From positions 1 to 64,000 of the forward strand of contig CBDBFU010000014.1 in the NCBI GenBank assembly GCA_965205025.1: a stretch of DNA of 64,000 nucleotides, written 5' to 3'. A program made the position numbers and the translations under genes. The notes beneath the pieces are model-generated. The model was given only the letters and a program-made list of their open reading frames with translations, was not told the origin of the DNA and did no database searches. Shown here in pieces: positions 8,530 to 18,864 of the stretch. The DNA comes from Candidatus Poribacteria bacterium (GTDB lineage Bacteria; Poribacteria; WGA-4E; WGA-3G). Position 1 is the stretch's first letter. Every line of letters starts with the position of its first letter.

Positions 8530-10542
8530 TTATTCAGCCACATCAACTCGAATAGATAGTTCATCAAGTTGTTCCTCTGTTACCGTAGATGGTGCATGTG
8601 TTAGAGGGCACAAACCCTGTTGAGATTTAGGAAACGCAATTACCTCACGAATATTCTCTTCATTCCGCATTAACATGACTATACGGTCAAGACCGGGAGC
8701 GATTCCAGCGTGTGGCGGAGTACCATATTCGAGGGCATCCGTAAAATATCCAAATCTATTCTTTATATCTTCTGGCGTTATATTTAGAATATTGAAGATC
8801 TTTTGTTGTATTTCCCATTGATGTATTCTAACACTACCGCTACATATTTCTGATCCGTTACATACCAGATCGTAATGTTGGCTCTGAACTTTACTTGGAT
8901 CTGTATCCAACAAAGGTAATGTTTCTTCAGTTGCCCCAGTAAAAAGATGGTGGTGCGGTTCAAATCTGTTCTCTTCTTCGTTCCATTCAAACAACGGATA
9001 ATCAACAATCCACAAGAAATTATATATACTCTCATCAATTAGGTTTAACTTGTGTCCAAGGTGTAGACGTAGGTTTCCAAGAGCATCTGCGACAACCTTT
9101 GGTTTATCTGCGACAAAGAACATTATATCCCCAGGCTTTGCTCCCATCCTTCCCTGTGCTGTTTCGAGCTGTTCATGTTTGAAGAATTTAACAATTCCTG
9201 ATGAGAATCCTTCTGATGTTATTTTGACCCATGCCAATCCTTTTGCTCGGTAGGTGGCAACAAATTCTGTTAAGTCGTCTATGTCTTTCCTTGAAAAGGC
9301 TTCACCGCCTGGGACAGCGATCCCTTTTACCTGTCCTCCAGAAGCAAGTGCCCGCGAGAATACCTGAAAATCACAGTCTGCCATTACATCAGATAGGTCC
9401 GTTAGCTCCATACCGAAGCGTGTATCCGGTTTGTCATTACCGAACCGTGCCATAGATTCGTGGTATGGTAGACGTAGGAAAGGTGTTTTAACTGGAATTC
9501 CACCAGCATCCTCGAATATTCTCTTCATCAGACCTTCGGTTACCTCAAGGACATCATCAATTTCAGCAAATGACATTTCAATATCGATCTGGGTGAACTC
9601 CAGTTGCCTGTCAGCGCGGGTATCTTCATCACGGAAACAACGTGCAATCTGAAAATACCGGTCAACACCGCTCATCATGAGAATTTGTTTGAATTGTTGT
9701 GGAGACTGTGGAAGTGCGTAGAATTTTCCAGGATAATATCGACTTGGTACGAGTACGTCGCGTGCACCTTCGGGTGTACTATTCATCAAAATGGGTGTTT
9801 CGACTTCAAGGAATCCCTGTTCACTCATATAGTTGCGTGCTGCAAGGGCTGCTTTATGACGCATTTCAAGTGTCTTTTGCATTTCAGGACGTCGCAAGTC
9901 GATGAACCGATATTTCATTCGAATATCTTCTGCTACCTCAATCTCATCTTCAACAGGAAATGGAGGTGTCTTAGCGGTATTCAGGATATTCAATGAATCA
10001 ATAGCGACTTCTATCTCACCTGTTGGCAATTCAGGGTTAACCGTCCCTTGATAGATACTAAGACCATTGTCATCAAACAGTATATCATAAGTTCTATTAT
10101 TATCTACATCCGTTAGTAGCCAATGTTTATCTGTTTCACGCACATTTATTTCAATGTTATCGGACAACGTGTATTTTGTATCTAAATCTGAAAATAGAGT
10201 TTTAAAATCAGCAGATAATCCATTGTTTCCTGAGAGTTCAGTTTTAAATGCTTCGTCGGCATTAAAAAGATGTTCGCCAGGTTCACGTTCACGAACTGTG
10301 CCGCTGGCATTAAGTACATACTCACTCCTAACAGAATCTGCGAGTGTGTGCGCGTTTTCATCAATTTGAGGATCAAAGACAATCTGTGTAATACCTGTAC
10401 GATCACGTAAATCGATAAAGATCACACCGCCATGGTCACGTCGTCGTCTTACCCAACCATTGAGTTGAGCAGTATTTCCAGCATCAGTTAATCGTAACTC
10501 ACCACAATAGTGAGTACGTTTTAGGGAAGGTCCTTGAGACAT
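8530..10542 (-). CDS. aspS: Aspartate--tRNA ligase with an insertion in the anticodon-binding domain
   Basis: RTHYCG, RRRDHGG, ALPQSPQQFKQ, QIARCFRDED, GTPPHAGIAPGLDR, IREVIAFPK. Confidence 0.97.
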   Translation of the reverse strand: MSQGPSLKRTHYCGELRLTDAGNTAQLNGWVRRRRDHGGVIFIDLRDRTGITQIVFDPQIDENAHTLADSVRSEYVLNASGTVREREPGEHLFNADEAFKTELSGNNGLSADFKTLFSDLDTKYTLSDNIEINVRETDKHWLLTDVDNNRTYDILFDDNGLSIYQGTVNPELPTGEIEVAIDSLNILNTAKTPPFPVEDEIEVAEDIRMKYRFIDLRRPEMQKTLEMRHKAALAARNYMSEQGFLEVETPILMNSTPEGARDVLVPSRYYPGKFYALPQSPQQFKQILMMSGVDRYFQIARCFRDEDTRADRQLEFTQIDIEMSFAEIDDVLEVTEGLMKRIFEDAGGIPVKTPFLRLPYHESMARFGNDKPDTRFGMELTDLSDVMADCDFQVFSRALASGGQVKGIAVPGGEAFSRKDIDDLTEFVATYRAKGLAWVKITSEGFSSGIVKFFKHEQLETAQGRMGAKPGDIMFFVADKPKVVADALGNLRLHLGHKLNLIDESIYNFLWIVDYPLFEWNEEENRFEPHHHLFTGATEETLPLLDTDPSKVQSQHYDLVCNGSEICSGSVRIHQWEIQQKIFNILNITPEDIKNRFGYFTDALEYGTPPHAGIAPGLDRIVMLMRNEENIREVIAFPKSQQGLCPLTHAPSTVTEEQLDELSIRVDVAE

Positions 10543-10565
10543 AATTGGTCTGTATTCTCCTCCTA

Positions 10566-13500
10566 TTATTTTATTTCATCCAATTCTTTCTGAATTTCTT
10601 CTTTGTAGGTTAGTAAATGACTTGGATCAGAGGCATTGGTTATCGCCTCATCAATAACTTTTAGAGCACTCTCGAAATGTTCATTCTGTTTATTCGGCTG
10701 ATTCATTGAATGATATACTTTACCGAGAATATAATGTGAACGCCAAGAATTTGCATCAGCATTCAATCCTTTCTGTGAATATTCTTTCGCTTTTTCAACG
10801 TTTTTTAATTCCCAGTGAAGTTGTGCCATTGCTACATAAATTGGTGCGGGGAGTTCTCCTTCTGTTTCCAAAAGCTCTAATCGATCATAGGTACGAAGTG
10901 CTTCATTAAAACGTCCTTGCCGTTCATATAATGGCCCTAATAATATATAGATGTCAGGTCTACTTGAATCACGTTTTAGATATGCCTCTAATTCTTTTGC
11001 AGCCTTCGATAGATGCTCGTTTGCCTTTTCAATTTCACCCTTTCTCTCGAACTCTCTTGCTAAACCTTCGTAAACGGTGAATAGATAAATATGTCCACGA
11101 GAATCCTCAGGGTTTTCTACCATTGTCTGCTTCACACTTTGTTCTATCTTTCTAAGTTCTTCATGTTCATCTTCACGAATTAGTCCGCTTACGACACCGA
11201 AATTATAACGTATTGTGTCATCACGTGGATTAATTCTAACTCCCTCATTTATTAGCATGCTTGAACTTTCGAGTAATGTGTTATATTTATCCACCTGTCC
11301 AAGAGTATAGGCAGTTTGTGCGTTTGCATAAGCGATTTGACCGAGAATCAGTTTCTGTGTTGCTTTATAGTAGGTGTTGATCCTTTCTCGTACCAGATTT
11401 TGTTCTTCTAAGGTTGTCCCAAAATTCCTTAGATATGGTAGCACACTTTCCCGATATTTATGCATTCCTCTTATATTACTTACTGTCGAGTTTGCTAAAT
11501 CTTTTGCTTTAAAGAATTCTAAACGTGGACGGTCATCTGTATGGATATGTCCAACTCCAACATTTTCTTTTACAGATGTATGGATATGTTCAATTCCATC
11601 ATTTTCCTTTACATATTCTTTTACAGCTTCTGGTCCCATCATAAATGAGTCAAGTAGAGACATCCCATCAAGATCGTCCGCGGCTAAACCTTCTTGTATA
11701 CTCCTTATCTTACTGCGTGCGATAAAGTTCTCATAATCTATGGAGAGTCGTTTTGGCGTTCCGATGAGAATCACAAAATCTGGCGTGTATTTGTACCAGA
11801 GTGTGGTTTCAGGAAATACATTAATGAATGTCCGTACAATCATCTTGTAATGTGATTCTGGTAGGCGATGGAGTGGTACCCACTGACACATAACACCGTC
11901 CTCTGTAAGGATTCGACGGCATAATTTGTAGAAGTCTTCTGTATAGATATTGGAACTTCCTGCGCTAACGAGTGGGTGTATGATACCTGTTGAAATCATA
12001 TCATATTTGGTTTTGGTCATTAGAATATGGTTTCGGCCATCGTTGATTTGATAGTTAAACAACCGATTCTTGAAGATATTCCTATTGATATGTACGAAAT
12101 ACTCTCGTGCTGCCGATATTACACCTTTAGACAATTCAATTGCATCGACTTTTACACCGTGCTGGGTGATGGAATGTGATGTTAACCCCATACCAAAGCC
12201 GACGACAAGAGCACGTTTTGGGTTTGGGTGTAAGAGTAAAGGTAGGTGTGCAATGACACGGTGTGAGGGGGAATCCCAGCGTGAAGCATCTGCCGCTTGG
12301 TTGGCATCTACATATAAACGGTAGACACCTTCATCGTCCTTTAGGGTAGTTACAGTCCCATCAACTTCTTCTTGATAATCAACGACTTGATCACCGGGTC
12401 GTTGTGTTTTGTAGATTGTACTTTTTAAGAAAATGGGTTGATTGAGTGAGGAGAGCAAAACTGCTGCTAATCCGAGTGTAATTATGGGAATCCCTATTCC
12501 TAACCCTTGAGAGAAGGCTTTTGCGACTTTAGGTTCGTCCTGTTCTTCTTCTGATGTTTCATTTGTACCTGTAACTGATCGCCATCCAGTTAGAACAAGT
12601 AGACAACCAATTCCTGTGTTTAATACTACCATTAGAACGATGCTGGGTCGTATGTTTAATAGTGGAATTAATATAAAACCTGCACAAAATGCTCCCAAGA
12701 TGCTACCGACTGTATTAACTGCGTATACATTCCCGATACTTCTGCCAAGTTGTTGCTCGTTTCCTGTATAGATTTTTGTCACAAGCGGGAAACTTGCACC
12801 CATTAAAAATGTTGGGAGGGACATGACGAGAAAGCATGAGAAAAATGCCCAGAATCTGCTTGCACCAAAGGTTGACTGTAGTGCTCTACTCACACTATAC
12901 AACTCTTCAAATGCTGGCATAAGAATCACAGCGAAGAGCCCGATTCCAAGCTGTATGAGACCGAAGGTTATTACGGGTTGTTTGATTCTGTCTACCCATC
13001 GTGCTAAAATCATACTCCCTAATGCAATTCCGAATAGGAATGCTGCCAGCATCGTAGCAAATGCATAGGTTGTGCTTCCCAGAAAGAAGACTAATATACG
13101 AGTCCAAAGTACTTCGTAGGACAGTGCACAAAATCCGGATATACCTATTGCGATTAATACAATATTACGGAGTGGGAGACGCAAATTTCCGATTTTAATT
13201 TCAGGTTTTATACCTTGGGTGGGTGTTTCTGTTATCTGTTTTCTGCTTGCCTTTTCAGTATTATCTGATTCTGATTTTTGTGTAATCTGATCTAAAAGCA
13301 GTGCTATTAATGCCACACCAAGATTGATTGCAATCGCTACACCGAGTGTCCATTTTATACCGAGTGCTTGTATTAAGAAGAACCCTGCAGCCACAGTTCC
13401 AATGACAGCCCCGAATGTATTTAAGGCATATAGAATGCCGATGTTGGTGCCGAGTTGTTCTAATCTTTTGACAAAGAATCGGGTTAGTACAGGTAATGTT

Positions 13501-13901
13501 CCGCCCATAAGTGTAGATGGTATGAGGAGTATGCCGAAGGTGAGTATGAAACGTATGAGTGAGAGGGTGTAGAATTCGGATGTTATGTGTCTGAAAATGA
13601 GGACATAAAGTGCACTAAGGATGGCTAATAGTATGGGCCATATTATACAGAATCCACCGATTCCTGCTTCCAGATAGGTGTAGAGTTTGAGTGGAGATAT
13701 ATTACTTTCATCTATCTTTCTGCCAAAATAGTAACTCCCGAGAGCCAGTCCTGCCATGAATGCCGTTAAAACGGTGCTGGTTGCAAAGACAGTACTACCG
13801 AAGACAAGTGTAAGTTGCCGCATCCAGATGACTTCATAGATGAGTGCACTTGCACCAGATAGAATAAAGATGATCCATACGAGGAGTTTTATTTTTCGCA
13901 T
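10566..13901 (-). CDS. Fused MFS-like membrane / spermidine-synthase-like protein with C-terminal TPRs
   Basis: SGASALIYEVIW and LYALNTFGAVIG membrane repeats; HPNPKRALVVGFGMG SAM-fold; INDGRNHI; TPR-like helices at the C-terminus. Confidence 0.9.
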   Translation of the reverse strand: MRKIKLLVWIIFILSGASALIYEVIWMRQLTLVFGSTVFATSTVLTAFMAGLALGSYYFGRKIDESNISPLKLYTYLEAGIGGFCIIWPILLAILSALYVLIFRHITSEFYTLSLIRFILTFGILLIPSTLMGGTLPVLTRFFVKRLEQLGTNIGILYALNTFGAVIGTVAAGFFLIQALGIKWTLGVAIAINLGVALIALLLDQITQKSESDNTEKASRKQITETPTQGIKPEIKIGNLRLPLRNIVLIAIGISGFCALSYEVLWTRILVFFLGSTTYAFATMLAAFLFGIALGSMILARWVDRIKQPVITFGLIQLGIGLFAVILMPAFEELYSVSRALQSTFGASRFWAFFSCFLVMSLPTFLMGASFPLVTKIYTGNEQQLGRSIGNVYAVNTVGSILGAFCAGFILIPLLNIRPSIVLMVVLNTGIGCLLVLTGWRSVTGTNETSEEEQDEPKVAKAFSQGLGIGIPIITLGLAAVLLSSLNQPIFLKSTIYKTQRPGDQVVDYQEEVDGTVTTLKDDEGVYRLYVDANQAADASRWDSPSHRVIAHLPLLLHPNPKRALVVGFGMGLTSHSITQHGVKVDAIELSKGVISAAREYFVHINRNIFKNRLFNYQINDGRNHILMTKTKYDMISTGIIHPLVSAGSSNIYTEDFYKLCRRILTEDGVMCQWVPLHRLPESHYKMIVRTFINVFPETTLWYKYTPDFVILIGTPKRLSIDYENFIARSKIRSIQEGLAADDLDGMSLLDSFMMGPEAVKEYVKENDGIEHIHTSVKENVGVGHIHTDDRPRLEFFKAKDLANSTVSNIRGMHKYRESVLPYLRNFGTTLEEQNLVRERINTYYKATQKLILGQIAYANAQTAYTLGQVDKYNTLLESSSMLINEGVRINPRDDTIRYNFGVVSGLIREDEHEELRKIEQSVKQTMVENPEDSRGHIYLFTVYEGLAREFERKGEIEKANEHLSKAAKELEAYLKRDSSRPDIYILLGPLYERQGRFNEALRTYDRLELLETEGELPAPIYVAMAQLHWELKNVEKAKEYSQKGLNADANSWRSHYILGKVYHSMNQPNKQNEHFESALKVIDEAITNASDPSHLLTYKEEIQKELDEIK

Positions 13902-14092
13902 TTTCTACACTAACTATACGTTACGTGAAACCGATAAAGCATTATTAACTCTTACAGTGGTTTCCTTTTCTGTCATAATCACGGATTATACGAATTACGC
14001 GGATAAAAAGCGTTTATAAGAAATAACATGATATGGACATTACATTGGCGTGTGTCTACTACCCTATATAATACGGTAGAAAGGCTTAAATA

Positions 14093-14917
14093 TCAAGTGG
14101 AATCTTTTATTCTCTGCTCTAATCGGACTATGTGACGATAGGTTGTGGAGAAGATCATGTCGAGTGTTGCAATGTCTCGTTCCTCAAGTGGGGCGCGGGA
14201 GAAAACACGACGAAGCGATTTTAGATAGGTTTCCCATTCCTGATTATAGGGAGACATACCAACCTTATCTAATAGACGGGTGACCCTACCATAGAAGTCT
14301 TCCAGCGCGTTTACTTCTGCATAGTCTATTTCTACCGGGGCATGATCCTCTCCTAAACTTGCAACGAATACTTCATAGGCGAATATCTGGACAGCTTGCG
14401 CTAAATTGAGTGATGGGTTTTTGGTTGCCATTGGAACACTGGCTGTCAGTTGGCAGAGACTTATCTGATCTGTTGACAGTCCGAAGTCTTCTCGTCCGAA
14501 CAATAGTGCAACTTGTTGATCCTGGGATATAGAAGCGATTGTTTCTGCGGCATCACGTGCGGGAACAGGAACAGGTAAACGTACATCACGCCGTCTATGT
14601 GTTGTGCCGACAAGGTATTGTATGCCATCAAGAGCATCTTTGAGTTCAGGGACAACTTTGCAGTGTTTGAGTATATCCCTTGCACCATGTGCCATATTCC
14701 ATGCTGCATCTTCATCCCTAAAAGGAACAGGGTTAACGAGATAAAGTTGGGATAATCCCATTCCTTTCACAACTCTTGCGACGGATCCGATGTTTCCCGG
14801 TTCACGTGGTTTGAAAAGGATAATTCGTATATTGGAGAGATTGTTGGGTACATCTACAGGTAGCGCGCGGAAACTCTCTGTGGGTTGTTTCGGTTTTTTT
14901 TGGGGTTCTGTTGACAT
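14093..14917 (-). CDS. SPOUT RNA methyltransferase, TrmJ/LasT family
   Basis: PREPGNIGSVAR, LFGREDFGLS, PSLNLAQAV. Confidence 0.92.
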   Translation of the reverse strand: MSTEPQKKPKQPTESFRALPVDVPNNLSNIRIILFKPREPGNIGSVARVVKGMGLSQLYLVNPVPFRDEDAAWNMAHGARDILKHCKVVPELKDALDGIQYLVGTTHRRRDVRLPVPVPARDAAETIASISQDQQVALLFGREDFGLSTDQISLCQLTASVPMATKNPSLNLAQAVQIFAYEVFVASLGEDHAPVEIDYAEVNALEDFYGRVTRLLDKVGMSPYNQEWETYLKSLRRVFSRAPLEERDIATLDMIFSTTYRHIVRLEQRIKDST

Positions 14918-15267
14918 AGCATGTAAGGTATAGGATTTATGTCAAATTGTCAAGGGAATTGCTGAAAGTGTTGGGTTGATGGGTGTTTGATTGAATTGAG
15001 GTTTAGAATAGTGTTAATTTATCTGAATCGCGGATGATATGATTACCCAGATGTCACGGAAGGATTGGGGAAATATGGTCTGGTGAGATTTACTTGGATC
15101 TGATAGATAGCTATTTTCTACGTGATTTAGACATCCAAGCAAGCACACCAGTTATGTTGGTATTGAGAAAATCAATGACCTTGGTGTGCTTACGTTCGGT
15201 GGTAACTGTACTTACAACCGTGATGTATAGATTGGTAACCGAATTGTATCGAAGAATGAAAATAATT

Positions 15268-17970
15268 TTACAGTACGGACTCTAAATCCCATAGCAATAT
15301 AGTACCATTGCCACATCCACCTGCGAGAATTTTACCATCAGGAGAGAATGATAGAAATTGTACTATTGAAGTATGACCTTGTAATGCTGCAACTTCCTCA
15401 GTAGTTTCAACATTCCAGATTCGAACTGCCAAATTCTCATTTCCTCTTTCCCACAAAGTTGCACCTGCAAGATACCGACCACAGTGAGAGAACGCAAGAG
15501 GATATGTACGGCGATAGGGTTTGGGTTGTTTAATTGAACGTAATGTCGTGAACTGATCTGCACACCAGAAACGGATTTCTGTTTCCAGATCACAGACGAC
15601 AAAATCACCGCAAGGAGAGTAGACGAGTCCCATCGGGATACAAGGGGAATCCATTGGTGATATATCAATTTCCGTTGCTGATTCTATATCCCATACACGG
15701 ACAGTCTCATCCTCAGCACCACTCACCAATTGTTTACCATTGGGAGAAAATGCAAGAGTCTTAATATAGTCTGTATGTCCTTTAAGCACAGAAGGATTCT
15801 CAGGTTTGTGGAGATTCCACAGATAGATATTTCCTTCTCTACTACCAGATGCAATCCAATCACCTGTAGGTGCATACTCTATTTTACCTACCCATTCTCT
15901 TTCCGGTTCTGTTACGGTTATCTCTGCGATCAGTTTTTCCAATGAACGGACTACCAACATTTTTCCTTCATCAGTAAAATATGAACATAGCAATTCTCCA
16001 TTAGATAAAACTGCGATTGAATTAGTCCACTCATCTTTAAATAGGGTTTCTGTAATGGATTTCTTACTGACATCCCATAAGGTTAATCCATTTCTTGTAA
16101 TACTCCCAATTGTCTCATTGTCTACCCATTCAACTTGTGGTGCTGGCCAGTGAAATTGTACTTCGCTAATAACCTTGTAGTTTGGGGTGTTTCCTTTTGT
16201 GCGTTCACTTGAACGTGATTGATTCAATTGGTGTGTTAATGCAATTGCCAAACTTGTTGAAAAGCCGAAACCGCCAATACCTGATGAGATATTAAGTATA
16301 GGATCCTGTTTTTCAACGTTCCACACTTCTAAGGTATTAAATGAGTCATGAGATGCTATTGCGAATAATTCTCCATTTTCTGCATAGAAAGGATCGCTGT
16401 AATCGGGATAAACCTTCTGTTCTGAACTTGTTGCAATATCCCAGACTCGTAGAATTCCGTCACTTGATGCAATGTATTCTCCACAGGGTGAGAAGGTTAT
16501 TTCATATACCCAATCACTATGTTCTGTGAAAAGGGCAATTTGTTCACCTGACGATATATCCCATACAGAAACGTTGCTATCTATCCGTTTAGAATCTGTT
16601 AAGGTTTCATCTGGGGAAGAACCTGCTACCAAACAACTATCCGATGAAAGGACGAATTCGTACCCCGCAAACTTGATGAGAGCTTCTCCAGTTTCTGGAT
16701 TCCATACATAGATTTGACTTCCTTCTGTATCGGGATTCACACATTGATTGTAGTTTTCTTTGTCGTCGAAATAGAGTTTAGGATTGCCTGGATTTGCGGC
16801 AAGTAATGTGCCATCTGGCGTAAATGTTAGGTTATGGATATCATTTGCTTTCCATTCGTGTTCACCACGATCCATCTGAGCGATATGGTTACCCGTATTA
16901 ATATCCAACACATTTACATGTCCTTGGCTATCAGAAATTGCGATCCATTTGCCATTTGAGGAACATGTAATTCCTCCATACCCATTTTGTTCGTCTATCT
17001 GAATAACACATTTACCTGTCTCAACATTCAAGACCTTTATGGAATCCACGGTATCAATGACAATCCATTTCCCGTCATGCGAAAAATCTATTCTAAAGAC
17101 AGGACCTTCTGGAATGTCCCATAACGAGATCGGTAACATTGATTCAACATCATACCACCATAATCCGATACCTGTTGCGACTGCAAAATATGTTCCATCT
17201 GGTGCAAGTTTAACATCATTGACATTTCCTTTACCGAATCTGGCAATTATGCCTTTTGGGATTGCCCAACTATCGCCTGTTGGATCGTTGGTATCAACAT
17301 TTAATAGTGCGGGTTTTCTGTTAATTGTGGATTTATCTGTGTGAGGATGTGAGGTAGTGTTTTTCGGTTGAACTATTTTTGATGTCATAGGTGCTCCTTT
17401 TATAGGTTCAGCATCAAATTCCTTTCGTAAAAGTGTCCGGATTTCCTTTAATTTAGTCTTAACAGTGCCAATAGGCAAATTACACTCAACAGCAATTTCT
17501 TTAATGTGCCACGATTCTAAATAGAACAATTCAGCAACTGAACGTACCTTTTGTGGTAGATGATGTACCGCTTCTTTAATATCTACCATCAGTTGTTTCT
17601 CTCTATATCGTGCTGCAGCCTGTTGTTCTATCTGTTCAACAATCACAGAATGTTCATGTGGGATTTCATTTCGAGATTGCTTTTTTAATGTGTAATATCG
17701 TTTGCATGCGTTATAGGCGATACGATGTAGCCAGGGCCCGAAACTCTCTATATTTCTGAGGTGATTTATATTTTGCCATACAGCGACCCAGATGTCGGTG
17801 TGTATCTCTTCTGCGTCAAGTCTTTGTCTGGAATTCGAGTCGACTACACCCTTTATTCGTGGTGTCCATCGTGTAATGAGTTCAGAAAATGCATCCTGAT
17901 CTCTATTCTGGACGTGTCGAATCAATTCTTCATCTGTGAGTTTACTGATGGCAACGAAATTCTTCCGCAT
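15268..17970 (-). CDS. ECF sigma-70 factor fused to WD40 repeats
   Basis: N-terminal sigma regions 2 and 4 (DAFSELI, FGPWLHRIAYN, EIAVECNLPIGTVKTKL); multiple GH...FSPDG...WD repeats. Confidence 0.92.
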   Translation of the reverse strand: MRKNFVAISKLTDEELIRHVQNRDQDAFSELITRWTPRIKGVVDSNSRQRLDAEEIHTDIWVAVWQNINHLRNIESFGPWLHRIAYNACKRYYTLKKQSRNEIPHEHSVIVEQIEQQAAARYREKQLMVDIKEAVHHLPQKVRSVAELFYLESWHIKEIAVECNLPIGTVKTKLKEIRTLLRKEFDAEPIKGAPMTSKIVQPKNTTSHPHTDKSTINRKPALLNVDTNDPTGDSWAIPKGIIARFGKGNVNDVKLAPDGTYFAVATGIGLWWYDVESMLPISLWDIPEGPVFRIDFSHDGKWIVIDTVDSIKVLNVETGKCVIQIDEQNGYGGITCSSNGKWIAISDSQGHVNVLDINTGNHIAQMDRGEHEWKANDIHNLTFTPDGTLLAANPGNPKLYFDDKENYNQCVNPDTEGSQIYVWNPETGEALIKFAGYEFVLSSDSCLVAGSSPDETLTDSKRIDSNVSVWDISSGEQIALFTEHSDWVYEITFSPCGEYIASSDGILRVWDIATSSEQKVYPDYSDPFYAENGELFAIASHDSFNTLEVWNVEKQDPILNISSGIGGFGFSTSLAIALTHQLNQSRSSERTKGNTPNYKVISEVQFHWPAPQVEWVDNETIGSITRNGLTLWDVSKKSITETLFKDEWTNSIAVLSNGELLCSYFTDEGKMLVVRSLEKLIAEITVTEPEREWVGKIEYAPTGDWIASGSREGNIYLWNLHKPENPSVLKGHTDYIKTLAFSPNGKQLVSGAEDETVRVWDIESATEIDISPMDSPCIPMGLVYSPCGDFVVCDLETEIRFWCADQFTTLRSIKQPKPYRRTYPLAFSHCGRYLAGATLWERGNENLAVRIWNVETTEEVAALQGHTSIVQFLSFSPDGKILAGGCGNGTILLWDLESVL

Positions 17971-18110
17971 AACAACAACTATCCTGAATTGGTTTTAATA
18001 TATAGAGAATGATATAGGGGAAAAAGGTTTAAAAATCTGTGGGGTGGGATGGAATTTTTAGTTTTTTAGTTGTTAGTTTTTAGTTTGCCATGACCGAGGT
18101 AGGATTAAGA

Positions 18111-18686
18111 TTAAAGGGGCAGGAACATCATCATAAGTTGCATGAAGATGCCGGATATGAGTGAGACTGTTAGGTTATCGTCTATTCGGAGAGGTAATAA
18201 TTCTACAACTGTTGCAACAAATGCACCCGCGATCCCAATAATAGGATTTAGCCAGATAAGACTGATTGAGGTACAAACTACAAAACATGCAGCACTTCCT
18301 TCCAAACTCTTTTTGCCAATGAGTTTGATCTGTCCCCATTTCATTCCGACCAAAGCAGCAACAGCATCTCCCAGAACAACGAAAAGAATACACACGATTG
18401 CGATGTTCTTCTGAAAGAAGAGGATACATAAGAATGTGCTGAGTATATAAAATGTGGCGCCAGTGAGTGCTCCTTTTTGTTCATGTTTGCGTAGGATGGA
18501 TTTGAAATAACGAAAAAACAGAATCCTGAATCCTTCTGAAACCCATTTTAGGAATTCGATAACTAAGGCAATAGCGGTAAAACTACCCACAATTATCAAC
18601 ATCTCAGGTTTATCTATGGTGATGTAAAGCAACGGGATGAACAATCCGGATAAATGCGTCGTTTTCCTGAGTAATTCAGCAATCAT
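18111..18686 (-). CDS. Diacylglycerol/polyprenol (phytol/dolichol) kinase family membrane protein
   Basis: ELLRKTTHL, GDAVAALVG, KKSLEGS, IDDNL. Start moved to ATG 18686 because it matches the family N-terminus. Confidence 0.88.
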   Translation of the reverse strand: MIAELLRKTTHLSGLFIPLLYITIDKPEMLIIVGSFTAIALVIEFLKWVSEGFRILFFRYFKSILRKHEQKGALTGATFYILSTFLCILFFQKNIAIVCILFVVLGDAVAALVGMKWGQIKLIGKKSLEGSAACFVVCTSISLIWLNPIIGIAGAFVATVVELLPLRIDDNLTVSLISGIFMQLMMMFLPL

Positions 18687-18864
18687 GTGCGGGAGTCCTG
18701 AATTCTGTATTTTGTAGATTATCGCAGTTTTAGACGCAGAACACAAGGGAATTAAAATTCCATGCATTTGACATACAAATTACACATTTTTGTTGCAATT
18801 TAGGATTAGAATATTGTCATAACCCGATAATATTGAAATTAAAATGGACAAAAATTGTTAAATA

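Noticed and set aside
10048-10278. Intein or intron in aspS
   Set aside because: In-frame 77 aa, lacking Cys/Ser at the start, His-Asn at the end and any splicing motifs.
13971-15066. Short CGGAT/CGAAT-containing iterations at about 13971-14005 and 15021-15066 as operator sites
   Set aside because: Too degenerate to define a motif; more likely eroded dispersed repeats.
18053-18086. TTTTTAG/TTGTTAG short tandem repeat as a contingency locus
   Set aside because: Only about four imperfect intergenic units, with no evidence of function.
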